64,000 bases of DNA from an uncultured Gemmatimonadales bacterium (GCA_963779755.1 CAVZZO010000001.1:1152001-1216000); one strand, 5' to 3'. Positions 20,607 through 29,669 are shown, counted from the first letter of the stretch. The notes: generated from the letters alone by a model not told the origin. Numbers and translations: made by a program.

Positions 20607-21017
20607 GTCGCCGCGGCCCCGCAGCCGGTTGAGGGCCCTGCGGTCCTTCTTGGTGGGGCGTCCGGCGTGGGCGTCGCGCAGCGGCAGGGCGGACCGCATC
20701 TGCAACGCCCGCTGTGCGCGGGCCTCGCGGCTGGCTTCTGTCTCCGTGTACAGCGTCGCCGCCAGGGCGGCCGGCCCGCGATGAACCGACAGCCGTTCCA
20801 CCCGTACCTCGTGCAGGTAGGGGCCCAGCCGCACCGTCACCCGCTCGCCGACATGCAGCGGCCGCGAACGCTTCACCCGCTCGCCCTGGATTGTGACCTT
20901 CCCCCCCTCCACCGCCGCCGCGGCGAGTGCCCGGGTCTTGAAGAAGCGCGCGGCCCATAACCACCTGTCAATCCGGCAGTTACCAGGTTCGTCACGGCCC
21001 CGCTGGGTGGCGCTCAT
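20601..21017 (-). CDS. hslR: Ribosome-associated heat shock protein Hsp15 (S4 RNA-binding domain)
   Basis: RIDRWLWAARFFKTRALA, LYTET and GRPTKKDRR motifs. Confidence 0.9.
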   Translation of the reverse strand: MSATQRGRDEPGNCRIDRWLWAARFFKTRALAAAAVEGGKVTIQGERVKRSRPLHVGERVTVRLGPYLHEVRVERLSVHRGPAALAATLYTETEASREARAQRALQMRSALPLRDAHAGRPTKKDRRALNRLRGRGDS

Positions 21018-21155
21018 CCTGTGAATAAGCTCACAGCAAAAGCCGCGCGCCAGCCCCACCTTGAGGTACCGGTGCCGCGGGGCAGGGTTCCCGCCTCCGG
21101 GGCTGGATACCCCGGGATGCGCCCTTTTCGACAGAGAAACGAGGAGTAAACCGAT

Positions 21156-22223
21156 ATGAAGCGATTGACACTTTCCACCGTATGTGCGGCCCTGCTGGTG
21201 GCCGTGCCGGCTATGGCGCAGGTGCCGGACGCCCACAGACCTCCGCAGGATTCCGCAACCGTCGGCGATACCACCAATCTGAAGGAGATCGCCGAGGACT
21301 CCCTGATCGAGTCGGACGCGACGGCTCTGGCGTCCATGCAGATGGCGATGCATGCCCAGGCGCAGTTCGCCTCCCGTGCCAGCCAGCAGGCGTCGACCGA
21401 AACGGCCCGGAAGCTGGCCTCCAAGATTGCCGAAGACAGCCGCCAGTCATTGCACAACCTGAATCAGCTTGCCCGCTCGCTGGGCGAGCGCGAGATGACC
21501 CTGAACGCGAACGGGAACGGCAACATGAACGGCCGCACACCCGCCATGTACGAAGACGTCATGGAATACGGGCAGGGCAGATTCGTGCGCGACACGACGC
21601 CGCGGTTCCGGAAGAATGCGCAAGGCCAGTACGCCCCCGACACGGTGGGTTTCTGGTACTACGAAGCCACGCCGGGCCTGGTGACGCCGCCGCCGGCCGG
21701 CGTCGACACGGTGGGCTTTGTGCTCTACCGGGAGGATGTCTATCGTCGCGGGCAGAACGGGCAGTACACCCGCGACACCACACAGTTGTACCGCTACAAC
21801 GGCCGGAACAACCCCTCGATGGGCAAACGTGACACTACCCGCATGGGGATGGCGCGGCACGACTCGGCCTGGCGAGGGCATATGAATGACACCGCGCGCT
21901 ATGGCCGGATGAACGACACCACCCGCCACGGGCGGATGCAGCGCGGAATGCGGAACGATACCATTCCCAATCCGCCGGCCCTGGGTCTGCGTGGCGCCCT
22001 GGACTGGAACCAGTTGCAGGGCACGTCCGGCGCCGCGTTTGACAAGGCATTCGCGCACCAGGAGGTGCAGGGATTGCAGGCGCTGGCGGATAACATGCGT
22101 AACGACATCCAGCCTCGGCTGCGCAATCCCGAGCTGAAGGATATCGCGGATGACATCCTGACCAACGTCGGCGTGCAGTTGCGGCAGGCGCGGGATGCCG
22201 AGGTCGCGCTCAAGGGCAAGTAA
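21156..22223 (+). CDS. Exported DUF4142-like (ferritin-like) protein with a large internal repetitive insertion
   Basis: GAGGAG RBS and signal peptide; N-half SDATALASMQMAMHAQAQFA...; C-half LQGTSGAAFDKAFAHQEV...RNPELKD. Confidence 0.7.
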   Translation: MKRLTLSTVCAALLVAVPAMAQVPDAHRPPQDSATVGDTTNLKEIAEDSLIESDATALASMQMAMHAQAQFASRASQQASTETARKLASKIAEDSRQSLHNLNQLARSLGEREMTLNANGNGNMNGRTPAMYEDVMEYGQGRFVRDTTPRFRKNAQGQYAPDTVGFWYYEATPGLVTPPPAGVDTVGFVLYREDVYRRGQNGQYTRDTTQLYRYNGRNNPSMGKRDTTRMGMARHDSAWRGHMNDTARYGRMNDTTRHGRMQRGMRNDTIPNPPALGLRGALDWNQLQGTSGAAFDKAFAHQEVQGLQALADNMRNDIQPRLRNPELKDIADDILTNVGVQLRQARDAEVALKGK

Positions 22224-22252
22224 GGCCCGGGCGCGTCATGCAGGAATGATCG

Positions 22253-22287
22253 GCCGAAGGGGTGCCCGCCACGGGCACCCCTTCGGC
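22253..22287 (+). terminator. Strong GC hairpin, probable terminator
   Basis: GCCGAAGGGGTGCCC-GCCAC-GGGCACCCCTTCGGC, a perfect 15-bp stem without a clear U tail. Confidence 0.55.
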
Positions 22288-22298
22288 GTCCGCGCTGC

Positions 22299-22541
22299 CG
22301 GAAGCCGGCGGCGCTGTCGCAGGCCGAGCCCCAGGCCGTCCGGAAGCTGGGTCAGCTGGATGCCGGACAACTGGGGCCGGCCTACCTCGCCTGGGTGCGG
22401 CAGGATCTCGAACTGGAGCGCCGTAGCATTGCTGCCGATCTGCTCCCCGGCACGTCCCGGAACGAATTGCGGTCCCTGTTGAACGGCACCGCGGACCTGA
22501 TCACGCAAGAGCTGGAGGAGGTGCGCCGCCAGTCGGCCTGA
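22299..22541 (+). pseudogene. Start-less remnant resembling the C-terminal half of a DUF4142 protein
   Basis: Translates as RKPAALSQAEPQAVRKLGQLDAGQLGPAYLAWVRQDLELERRSIAADLLPGTSRNELRSLLNGTADLITQELEEVRRQSA*, with no upstream ATG or RBS. Confidence 0.5.
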
Positions 22542-22544
22542 GGC

Positions 22545-23105
22545 TCAGCCGTTGTAGATGGGGCCCGACCGGCTGCGGTAGAGGTCGAATACGCCGCGGG
22601 CTTCGTCCCGGCAAAGGCCGCGAACCACTTCGATCCCGCGCCGGCGCAGGTATTCGTACGAGGCGGCGAAGACGGGGCCTTCCTCGAAATCGATGCGCTC
22701 GGCGTCCTCCCGGTCGGCGCCGCATAACAGGCGCGCGGCCCCGCTCCATAGCGTGGCGCCGAGACACATGGCGCAGGGATCGCAGGAGGTGACCAGGTCG
22801 TGGCGCGCCGGCCCCAGTCGGTAGCTTCCCAGCCGCGTTTCCGCCAGCATCAGGGCCACGACCTCGGCGTGCAGCATGGAGTTCTGCCGCGGCACCACCA
22901 GGTTCACTCCCGCCGACACCACCCGCCCGCTCTCCGACTCCACGACCACTGCGCCGAACGGGCCGCCCTCGCTCCGCAGGACGTTTGCCCGCGCCAGGCG
23001 CACCGCCAGCCGCATGCGATCCTGGTCCGTCGCCAGCGGGGCTTCCCAGTCCACCATCTCGTCGATCCATCCTGGCGCGGCGATGCGCACGTCAGGGAGG
23101 GTCAT
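22545..23105 (-). CDS. Zn-dependent nucleoside/guanine deaminase (CDA/TadA superfamily)
   Basis: GGPFGAVVV, HAEVVAL and SCDPCAMCLGA motifs. Confidence 0.9.
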   Translation of the reverse strand: MTLPDVRIAAPGWIDEMVDWEAPLATDQDRMRLAVRLARANVLRSEGGPFGAVVVESESGRVVSAGVNLVVPRQNSMLHAEVVALMLAETRLGSYRLGPARHDLVTSCDPCAMCLGATLWSGAARLLCGADREDAERIDFEEGPVFAASYEYLRRRGIEVVRGLCRDEARGVFDLYRSRSGPIYNG

Positions 23106-23374
23106 CGGGACGCCGCTGGAGGAGCCGATCCCGCCAGCCGTTCCTTGGAGGCCCGGGGCAGCCGCTTGATCGCCGCTTCCCGGCGCTGGGCCGCCGAGCG
23201 GTCGGGGGCCCGCTCGAGGTGCACCAGTGCGACCGGCCGCCGGCCCCGGGTGTAGCGGGCGCCACGGCCCGCGTTGTGGGCCGACAGCCTGGTGGCCGGG
23301 TCGGTGGTGATGCCGGTGTACAGGGTGGCATCGCGGCAGCGGAGGATGTAGACCCACCAGACGGGGGAAGCCAT
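23102..23374 (-). CDS. GIY-YIG nuclease family protein (UPF0213)
   Basis: VYILRCRDATLYTGITTD, HNAGRGARYTRGRRPV, REAAIKRL. Confidence 0.9.
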   Translation of the reverse strand: MASPVWWVYILRCRDATLYTGITTDPATRLSAHNAGRGARYTRGRRPVALVHLERAPDRSAAQRREAAIKRLPRASKERLAGSAPPAASR

Positions 23375-23510
23375 GCCGAAAGATAGAGCCGGGCCGGGCG
23401 GGACGGGCAGGACCGGCGGTCGGGTGGGAGGGCGGTAGGGACTCAGTCCCCAGTCCCCGGTCTGCTCGGTTCTCTTACGCAGTTCCGCTCTTCCGCCTAC
23501 TTTAGGCGGC

Positions 23511-25187
23511 ATGGAATCCAGCCGGTCTCCGCGGCACGCATTCCCCAGCCAACGCACCCTGCTGTCCTGGCTCTTCGGCCTGCGAATCTTTCTGGCCCTG
23601 GCCGGGACGCTGGCCGCGCTCGCGACCCGCCAGCTGAGCTCCGCCACCTGGACCGGCAGCGACGAAGCCGCCGTCATGGTATCGGCCGCGGCCCTGCTGG
23701 CCGTGCTGCTGACGGCCCATGCCTACTGGCAGGTCTGGATCCGGCAGGTGCAGCCAGGCCCGGTGTTCTTCGCCGTCCAGGCGGCGGTAGACATGGGGCT
23801 GGTCACCGTGCTGGTGCATTTCAGCAACGGCCCCCAGAGCGGATTCTCCGCGCTCTATGTCCTGCTGATCGCGGCCTACACCGCGCTGCTCTCCTTCAGC
23901 GGCGGTCTGGCGGTGGTGATCACCGCGGCGCTGGTCTTTTCGCTCGACGCGTTCCTGGCGTACCCGACGCAGGTCGGGTTTGCCTTCTGGGGCCAGCTGG
24001 CGGTCCTGGCGACGGTCTTCGCGCTGATGTCGCCCATGGTCTCCCGGCTGCGGGAGGCCAGCGAGCAGCAGGCCTCGCTCCAGACCGAGCTGCAACGGGT
24101 TCGGCTCGAGGCCGACGACATCCTGCGGAACATCCGTTCCGGGGTACTGACCGTGGACGGGGCGGGGCGCCTCGCATTCATCAATCCCATGGCCGACCGG
24201 CTGCTGGAGATCAACAGCGAAGCCTACCTCGGCCTGCCGATCCTCGATGTGCTGAAACACCGCTCCCCCGAGCTGTGGGCCGCCGTGGTGGCGGCCATCC
24301 GCCATGGCCGCAAGGTGAATCGGGCCGAGGGCATGGTCCAGCTGCCCGGCGGGCGTCTCTTCCCCATCGGGCTCTCCACCACCACGTTCGACGAGCGGGC
24401 ATCGCACCCCCCATCGGTCACGGCTATCTTTACCGATATATCCGACTCCAAGCGCCTGCAGGAGCTGCACCTCCGGGCCGAACGGCTGGAGGCGGTCGCG
24501 GCGCTGAGCGCCTCGCTGGCGCACGAGATCCGCAACCCGCTTGCCTCCATCCGCAGCTCGGTGGAGCAACTGGCCCGCTCGGCCCGGGCGGATGAGGACG
24601 AGCGCTTCCTGGCCAGTCTCATCGTGCGGGAGAGCGACCGGCTGAGCCGGCTGCTCAGCGAGTTTCTGGATTTCTCCCGGGTCCGCATCACCCGCTTCGA
24701 GCCGGTCGACCTGCACGAGGTGACCCTGGCGGCGGCGCGGCTGGTGCGGGAGCACCCGGACGCCACGCCGGAGACGGAGATTGACGTACGCGGCGGCCGT
24801 GCCATGATGGAGGGAGACGAGGATCTGCTCCACCGGGTGGTCACCAACCTGCTGCTGAACGCGGTGCAGGCGGCCGGCGGGCGGGTCAAGGTGGTGGCCA
24901 CCACCGGCACCGCCCGGGCCGCGGACCTCCCGCCCGGGGCGGTCATGCCCAACCCGGTACGGCTGGAGATCAGCGACAACGGTCCGGGCATCGCGCAGGA
25001 AATACGTGAGCGGCTGTTCGAGCCGTTCGTGACCAGCCGGGCCGGCGGGACCGGCTTGGGACTCGCCATTGTCCAGCGCGCGGTCGAGGCGCACCGGGGG
25101 CTGGTGCTGGTGGAATCGGAGACCGGCACCGGCACCACGTTCACGATCTTCTTTCCGGCCAAATGGTCTGCTGAGGACGCGGCATGA
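23511..25187 (+). CDS. pilS: Membrane sensor histidine kinase with PAS domain, PilS-like
   Basis: N-terminal TM helices, LAHEIRNPL H-box, NLLLNA, DNGPGI and GTGLGL boxes; upstream of pilR and pilA. Confidence 0.85.
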   Translation: MESSRSPRHAFPSQRTLLSWLFGLRIFLALAGTLAALATRQLSSATWTGSDEAAVMVSAAALLAVLLTAHAYWQVWIRQVQPGPVFFAVQAAVDMGLVTVLVHFSNGPQSGFSALYVLLIAAYTALLSFSGGLAVVITAALVFSLDAFLAYPTQVGFAFWGQLAVLATVFALMSPMVSRLREASEQQASLQTELQRVRLEADDILRNIRSGVLTVDGAGRLAFINPMADRLLEINSEAYLGLPILDVLKHRSPELWAAVVAAIRHGRKVNRAEGMVQLPGGRLFPIGLSTTTFDERASHPPSVTAIFTDISDSKRLQELHLRAERLEAVAALSASLAHEIRNPLASIRSSVEQLARSARADEDERFLASLIVRESDRLSRLLSEFLDFSRVRITRFEPVDLHEVTLAAARLVREHPDATPETEIDVRGGRAMMEGDEDLLHRVVTNLLLNAVQAAGGRVKVVATTGTARAADLPPGAVMPNPVRLEISDNGPGIAQEIRERLFEPFVTSRAGGTGLGLAIVQRAVEAHRGLVLVESETGTGTTFTIFFPAKWSAEDAA

Positions 25188-26578
25188 GCCAGAAACCATC
25201 CCTGTTGGTCATCGACGACGAGTCCGGGATCCTGGATACCCTCCGGATCCTGCTCAAGAAGGAAGGCTTCGAGGTCACCACCGCGCAGGGCGGCCGGGCA
25301 GGGCTGGAGCAGATCCGTGCCGGCGCGCCTGACATCATCCTGACCGATGTCCGCATGCCCCAGGTCTCGGGGCTCGACATCCTCCAGGCGGCCCGGGAGC
25401 AGGACCCCATGACGCCGGTGATTCTCATGACGGCCCAGGCCTCGCTGCAGTCGGCCATCGGTGCCGTCAACGCCGGCGCGTTCTACTACATCCAGAAGCC
25501 GTTCGCCAACGACGAGCTGATCGCCATTCTGCGCCGCGCGAGCGACTTCCGGGCCGTAAAGGTGGAAAACAAGCACCTCCGGCAGGAGATCAAACGGCGC
25601 GACCGCGGCAGCACCGACCGGCCCATCGGCAAGTCGAAGCGCTTCCTGGACACCCTGAAGCTGGCCGAGCAGGTGGCACCCACCGATTCCACGGTGCTCA
25701 TCACCGGCGAGAGCGGCACGGGCAAGGAGGTCGTCGCCCGCTACATCCATAATCTGTCCCACCGCAGCGAGGGCCCGGTGCTCTCGATCAACTGCGGCGC
25801 GCTGCCCGAGAACCTGCTGGAAAGCGAGCTGTTCGGGCACGTCAAAGGCTCCTTCACCGGCGCGGTGCGCGACAAACAGGGCCTCTTCGCCGCCGCCCGC
25901 GGCGGCAGCTTCTTCCTCGATGAGGTGGGCGAGATGACGCCCGCGTTGCAGATCAAGCTCCTGCGGGTCCTGCAGGAGCGCGAGGCCATTCCCGTCGGGG
26001 CCACCGAAGCCATCCCGGTGGACGTGCGGATCATGGCGGCCACCAATCGCGATCTGGAAGAAGAAACCCGCCGCGGCACTTTCCGCTCCGATCTCTTCTA
26101 CCGGCTCAATGTCATCGCCATCCATCTGCCGCCGTTGCGCGACCGCCGGGAGGACATCCTGCCGCTCATGGAATCGTTCCTGCAGAGCATCGCCACCGAG
26201 AACGGCGCCGAGCCGAAGGCGCTCTCCGCCGAGGCCCTGGATGCCGTGATGGTCTACGACTGGCCGGGCAACGTCCGGGAGCTGGAGAACGCGCTGGAAC
26301 ACGCCTCGGTGCTCACCCGCGGCAGCATCATCGAACCGTCCGCCCTGCCCGAGCGCATCACCCGGCGCCGCAAGGAGCCCCTGGTGAGCGAGCGCTCCTT
26401 CCAGAACCCCACCCTGGATATCATCGAGCGTTCCTACATCATGTGGGTCCTGCAGGTGGAAGGCGGCAACAAGACCCGGGCGGCCGAAGTGCTGGGCATC
26501 GATCCCTCCACGCTCTACCGCAAGCTCAGCCGCTATGAGGAGTCTTCCACCCAGAAGAGCGTGGGCGGGGTCGAGTAG
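25184..26578 (+). CDS. pilR: Sigma54-dependent response regulator, PilR-like
   Basis: REC domain (IDDE, DVRMP), GESGTGKE, ESELFGHVKGSFTGA, FLDEVGE, WPGNVRELEN, Fis HTH. Confidence 0.88.
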   Translation: MSQKPSLLVIDDESGILDTLRILLKKEGFEVTTAQGGRAGLEQIRAGAPDIILTDVRMPQVSGLDILQAAREQDPMTPVILMTAQASLQSAIGAVNAGAFYYIQKPFANDELIAILRRASDFRAVKVENKHLRQEIKRRDRGSTDRPIGKSKRFLDTLKLAEQVAPTDSTVLITGESGTGKEVVARYIHNLSHRSEGPVLSINCGALPENLLESELFGHVKGSFTGAVRDKQGLFAAARGGSFFLDEVGEMTPALQIKLLRVLQEREAIPVGATEAIPVDVRIMAATNRDLEEETRRGTFRSDLFYRLNVIAIHLPPLRDRREDILPLMESFLQSIATENGAEPKALSAEALDAVMVYDWPGNVRELENALEHASVLTRGSIIEPSALPERITRRRKEPLVSERSFQNPTLDIIERSYIMWVLQVEGGNKTRAAEVLGIDPSTLYRKLSRYEESSTQKSVGGVE

Positions 26579-26586
26579 GACGCCGG

Positions 26587-26716
26587 CCTCACCCCCTGGC
26601 CCCCCTCTCCACTTCGTGGGAGAGGGGGAACGCTGGGAGCAATCGGGTTGCCCCGGACAGACGATCTCAAAGTCGCGTTCCCCCTTCCCAATAGGGAAGG
26701 GGGACAGGGGGTCAGG
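26587..26716. repeat. Pair of inverted REP-like palindromes (BIME-like)
   Basis: CCTCACCCCCTGGCCCCCCTCTCC..GGGAGAGGGGGA at 26587, and an inverted related copy TCCCCCTTCCC..GGGAAGGGGGACAGGGGGTCAGG at 26679. Confidence 0.7.
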
Positions 26717-26759
26717 TTCCCGCTGGCGGGGACTCGCAATGACAGCGATACTTGTACCG

Positions 26760-26866
26760 GTACCGCCGTACCGCCGTACCGCCGTACCGCCGTACCGCCG
26801 TACCGCCGTACCGCCGTACCGCCGTACCGCCGTACCGCCCTTACCGCCCTTACCGCCCTTACCGCC
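26760..26866. repeat. Tandem repeat (GTACCGCC)x10 followed by (CTTACCGCC)x3
   Basis: Counted directly in the sequence. Confidence 0.97.
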
Positions 26867-27017
26867 TGACCGCCCGTCCGCCGCCTCCCGGGGCCACGCC
26901 CAATCTGAATTTCCCTTGCAAAATCCAGTGAAGCGGCTGAGCGGGAATCTGCAGTGTTTTGTGCCGCAGTTTTCCAAAGCATTGTCCGGCAACCTTTTAC
27001 CGGATCAGCCCATGAAT

Positions 27018-27032
27018 TGGCACATGTGTTGC
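27018..27032 (+). promoter_or_regulatory. Sigma54 (-24/-12) promoter of pilA
   Basis: TGGCAC-ATGTG-TTGC, exact GG-N10-GC consensus, about 75 bp upstream of the pilin ATG and downstream of pilR. Confidence 0.9.
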
Positions 27033-27107
27033 CCCTCCATCCGGCCGGAACGAAGTGCAGGTGTCAGGATCGCTTGACGACCACCAATTTTCCGGAGGGG
27101 TTGTACC

Positions 27108-27530
27108 ATGAACCGCAAGGGTTTCACGCTCATCGAGCTGCTGATCGTCGTGGTGATCATCGGCATCCTGGCCGCGATCGCCATCCCGAAGTTCGCGAAC
27201 ACCAAGCAGAAGGCCATCGTTGCCTCCATGAAGTCGGACCTGAAGAACCTCGTCACTGCCGAGGAAGCCTTCTTCTCCGATAACAACGACTACGCCGGCA
27301 CCGCCGGTCCCACTCAGGTGAACGGTGTGGGCGGCGGCGGGACTGTCGCCTTCGTGCCGACGCAGGGCAACGTGCTGGCGCTGGCCTACGGCAGCGCCGC
27401 AGGCTGGACCGCCACCATGACGAACCCCGCCGTGACCGGCGTGCCGAGCACCTGCGGTGTGTACATCGGTCTGACCGCCCCGGGCGGTATGCCGACGCCG
27501 AACCAGGAAGGTTCGCCGCAGTGCTGGTAA
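27108..27530 (+). CDS. pilA: Type IV major pilin
   Basis: MNRKG|FTLIELLIVVVIIGILAAIAIP prepilin motif, GGAGG RBS, two C-terminal Cys, own sigma54 promoter and downstream hairpin. Confidence 0.93.
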   Translation: MNRKGFTLIELLIVVVIIGILAAIAIPKFANTKQKAIVASMKSDLKNLVTAEEAFFSDNNDYAGTAGPTQVNGVGGGGTVAFVPTQGNVLALAYGSAAGWTATMTNPAVTGVPSTCGVYIGLTAPGGMPTPNQEGSPQCW

Positions 27531-27551
27531 TCTCGGGTCTGTAGTTCTCTC

Positions 27552-27582
27552 GGGTGGGCGGCAGGTTTCCTGCCGCCCATCC
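27552..27582 (+). terminator. Hairpin after pilA
   Basis: GGGTGGGCGGCAGG-TTT-CCTGCCGCCCATCC, weak U tail. Confidence 0.65.
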
Positions 27583-27678
27583 GTGTTCTACGACTGTATC
27601 TTTCCTGATCCGCGGTCTCCTTCCACATCACCGCGGATCCACCCAGGGGCCTCTGACCCGGCGGCAGGACGACGCGCA

Positions 27679-29025
27679 GTGCATCTACTGACCATCTCGC
27701 GGGATCAGCATCTGGCCGACAGTCTCCGGTCGGCTCTGGGGGAGAAGAGCTGTGAGCTGCTCTCCCCCGGGCCCCCCGCCGAGTTGCTACCCCGGATCTT
27801 CGCCCGGTTGCCCGACGCCGTCCTGTACGATGCCGCCGGTAGTCCCGACGATATTCCCGCGCTCCTGGCCGCCTATCGCGAAGCGGCAGGGCCGCCGCCG
27901 CTCCTGATACTCTTTCCACCGGGACGCCGGCAGGACGGGCTCGCCGCCGTCCGCGAGGGCGCGTTCGACTACCTGCTGCAGCCGCTGGCGCTCGACGAGC
28001 TCGCGCTGCGCATTCGCCGGGCCCAGGAACTGGGCCACGCCCGGCAGGAGGCGGCGAGTCTGCGCACCACGCTGGAACGGGAAACCGCGCGCGGGCAGCT
28101 GGTGGCCGAGAGCCCGGCCATGCTGGCCCTGCGGGAACGGGCCGCTGCGCTGGCCGGGCAGCACTGCCACGTGCTGATCCGGGGCGAGTCCGGAACGGGC
28201 CGGAAAACGCTGGCCGAATATCTCCATCGCGCCGGGCCGGAGCGTCGGGCCCCGCTCAGGATCATTGCCTGCGCCGAGCTGAGCCCCGAGATGCTCGAGG
28301 CCACGCTGTTCCGCCGGCCCGGTCCCGCCGATCCCCGCCTGCCGCCGCCGGCGCTCGAAGGCGAGCCGGCCGGCGCCACCGTGGTCCTGGACGGCATCGG
28401 CGAGGTTCCCCGGTCGCTGCAGGACCGGATCGCCGCGTTTCTGCAGGAGCAGGACGAAAACGCCCGGCGGCAGCCGGCATCGCCGTGGATCCGTCTGGTA
28501 GCGCTGGCCGGCCCCGCCGATGCCACCGAGGCGCCGGGCGAGGTCAGCGACCGCCTGCGCACGCTGCTCGACGGGGCCGTGCTCCACGTGCCGCCGCTTC
28601 GGGAGCGGACCCAGGACGTCGCCGCGCTGCTGGCGCACTTTGCCCAGCGGGCCGCTCAACGCCTGGGCCGGCCGGTGAGCGTATCACCCCGCGCGCTGGC
28701 CATGCTGGCGGTGTATGCCTGGCCCGGCAACGTGCGGGAGCTGGAGTCCGCGGTAAATCACGCCGCCCGTCTGGCCGGCAACGGCCGCCTGGAATACGCC
28801 GACTTCGGTCTGATGACGCTGCCGTCGGCGCCGCCCAGCGCTGACAATGAGGGCAGTCTGGCCCTCAAACCCCAGGTCGAGGCATTCGAGCGCCAGGTGA
28901 TCATGCAGGCCCTGGCGGCCGCCAAGGGCAGCCGGCGGACGGCTGCCCGGCTCCTCGGTATCAGTCTCCGCACCCTGTTCTACAAGATCCGTCGCTACGG
29001 ACTGGAGCGCGCCCGGCCGGCCTGA
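27679..29025 (+). CDS. Degenerate NtrC-like regulator (REC-AAA+-Fis HTH) lacking GAFTGA
   Basis: GAFDYL in REC, GESGTGRKT, VVLDGIGEV, WPGNVRELE, LLGISLRTLFYKIRRYGL. Start uncertain (GTG 27679 chosen). Confidence 0.85.
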   Translation: MHLLTISRDQHLADSLRSALGEKSCELLSPGPPAELLPRIFARLPDAVLYDAAGSPDDIPALLAAYREAAGPPPLLILFPPGRRQDGLAAVREGAFDYLLQPLALDELALRIRRAQELGHARQEAASLRTTLERETARGQLVAESPAMLALRERAAALAGQHCHVLIRGESGTGRKTLAEYLHRAGPERRAPLRIIACAELSPEMLEATLFRRPGPADPRLPPPALEGEPAGATVVLDGIGEVPRSLQDRIAAFLQEQDENARRQPASPWIRLVALAGPADATEAPGEVSDRLRTLLDGAVLHVPPLRERTQDVAALLAHFAQRAAQRLGRPVSVSPRALAMLAVYAWPGNVRELESAVNHAARLAGNGRLEYADFGLMTLPSAPPSADNEGSLALKPQVEAFERQVIMQALAAAKGSRRTAARLLGISLRTLFYKIRRYGLERARPA

Positions 29026-29066
29026 GAGAAGACGGCAGGCGGTATGCGCAGCCGGGTGGAGAATAT

Positions 29067-29159
29067 TGTCGTTGCGGGGGCGCGGAGCGCCCAGGCACGT
29101 CTCCTGACGTGCGCACCCTGGGAGATTGCTTCGGCGGCCGGCGCCGCCTCGCAATGACA
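29067..29159. repeat. Palindromic REP/RPE-like element
   Basis: TGTCGTTGCGGGG...GAGATTGCTTCG...CCTCGCAATGACA with terminal inverted repeats; a half copy CTCGCAATGACAGCGAT lies at about 26733-26749. Confidence 0.65.
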
Positions 29160-29168
29160 GCGATTTTC

Positions 29169-29209
29169 CACCGCTCACCGCTCACCGCTCACCGCTCACC
29201 GCTCACCGC
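29169..29209. repeat. Heptamer tandem repeat (CACCGCT)x5+
   Basis: Seen directly. Confidence 0.9.
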
Positions 29210-29300
29210 CCTTTCTCGCCATCGCCTGCGTCTTTCCGGTTACTCCTTCCAGATTCCCTGATGCCATGGTTGCAGCCGTCATTCACATGGGACGGCTGGC

Positions 29301-29669
29301 ATGCACCATATCGGCGATTCACGCGGCGGCACCATGGTCGAGGTGCTGGTTGCCCTCACCCTGCTCACCATAGGCCTGCTCGGCGTCACCGGGACGGCGC
29401 TCGCTTCCCACCGCCTGTTGGACGGCGGCCGATGGGCCACCCGCCTGGCGCTGGCCGGCCAGAGCCGTCTCGAGCTGCTGCGCCAGGCCGCCCGGGATTC
29501 GGCCGCCTGCCGGGCGCCGCAATCCGGCACCCGCACGCTGGGCCCCGCCACGGAACAATGGTCCGCCTCGCCCGCCGGATCCGCGCTTCGGCTGCAGAGC
29601 GTCTTGAGGCGGGCGGCCCGGGGGATCGTCGCGGCGGAAACCCTGCGGGTCACGGTATGGTGCCCGTGA
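29301..29669 (+). CDS. Minor pilin, PilV-like
   Basis: RG|GTMVEVLVALTLLTIGLLGV prepilin-like N-terminus with E5. Confidence 0.8.
   Translation: MHHIGDSRGGTMVEVLVALTLLTIGLLGVTGTALASHRLLDGGRWATRLALAGQSRLELLRQAARDSAACRAPQSGTRTLGPATEQWSASPAGSALRLQSVLRRAARGIVAAETLRVTVWCP

Noticed and set aside
23102..23374. Homing endonuclease or mobile intron
   Set aside because: Short standalone UPF0213-type GIY-YIG protein with no interrupted host gene.
26760..26866. Repeat arrays as a CRISPR array
   Set aside because: Units are 7-9 bp and contiguous, with no unique spacers and no cas genes.
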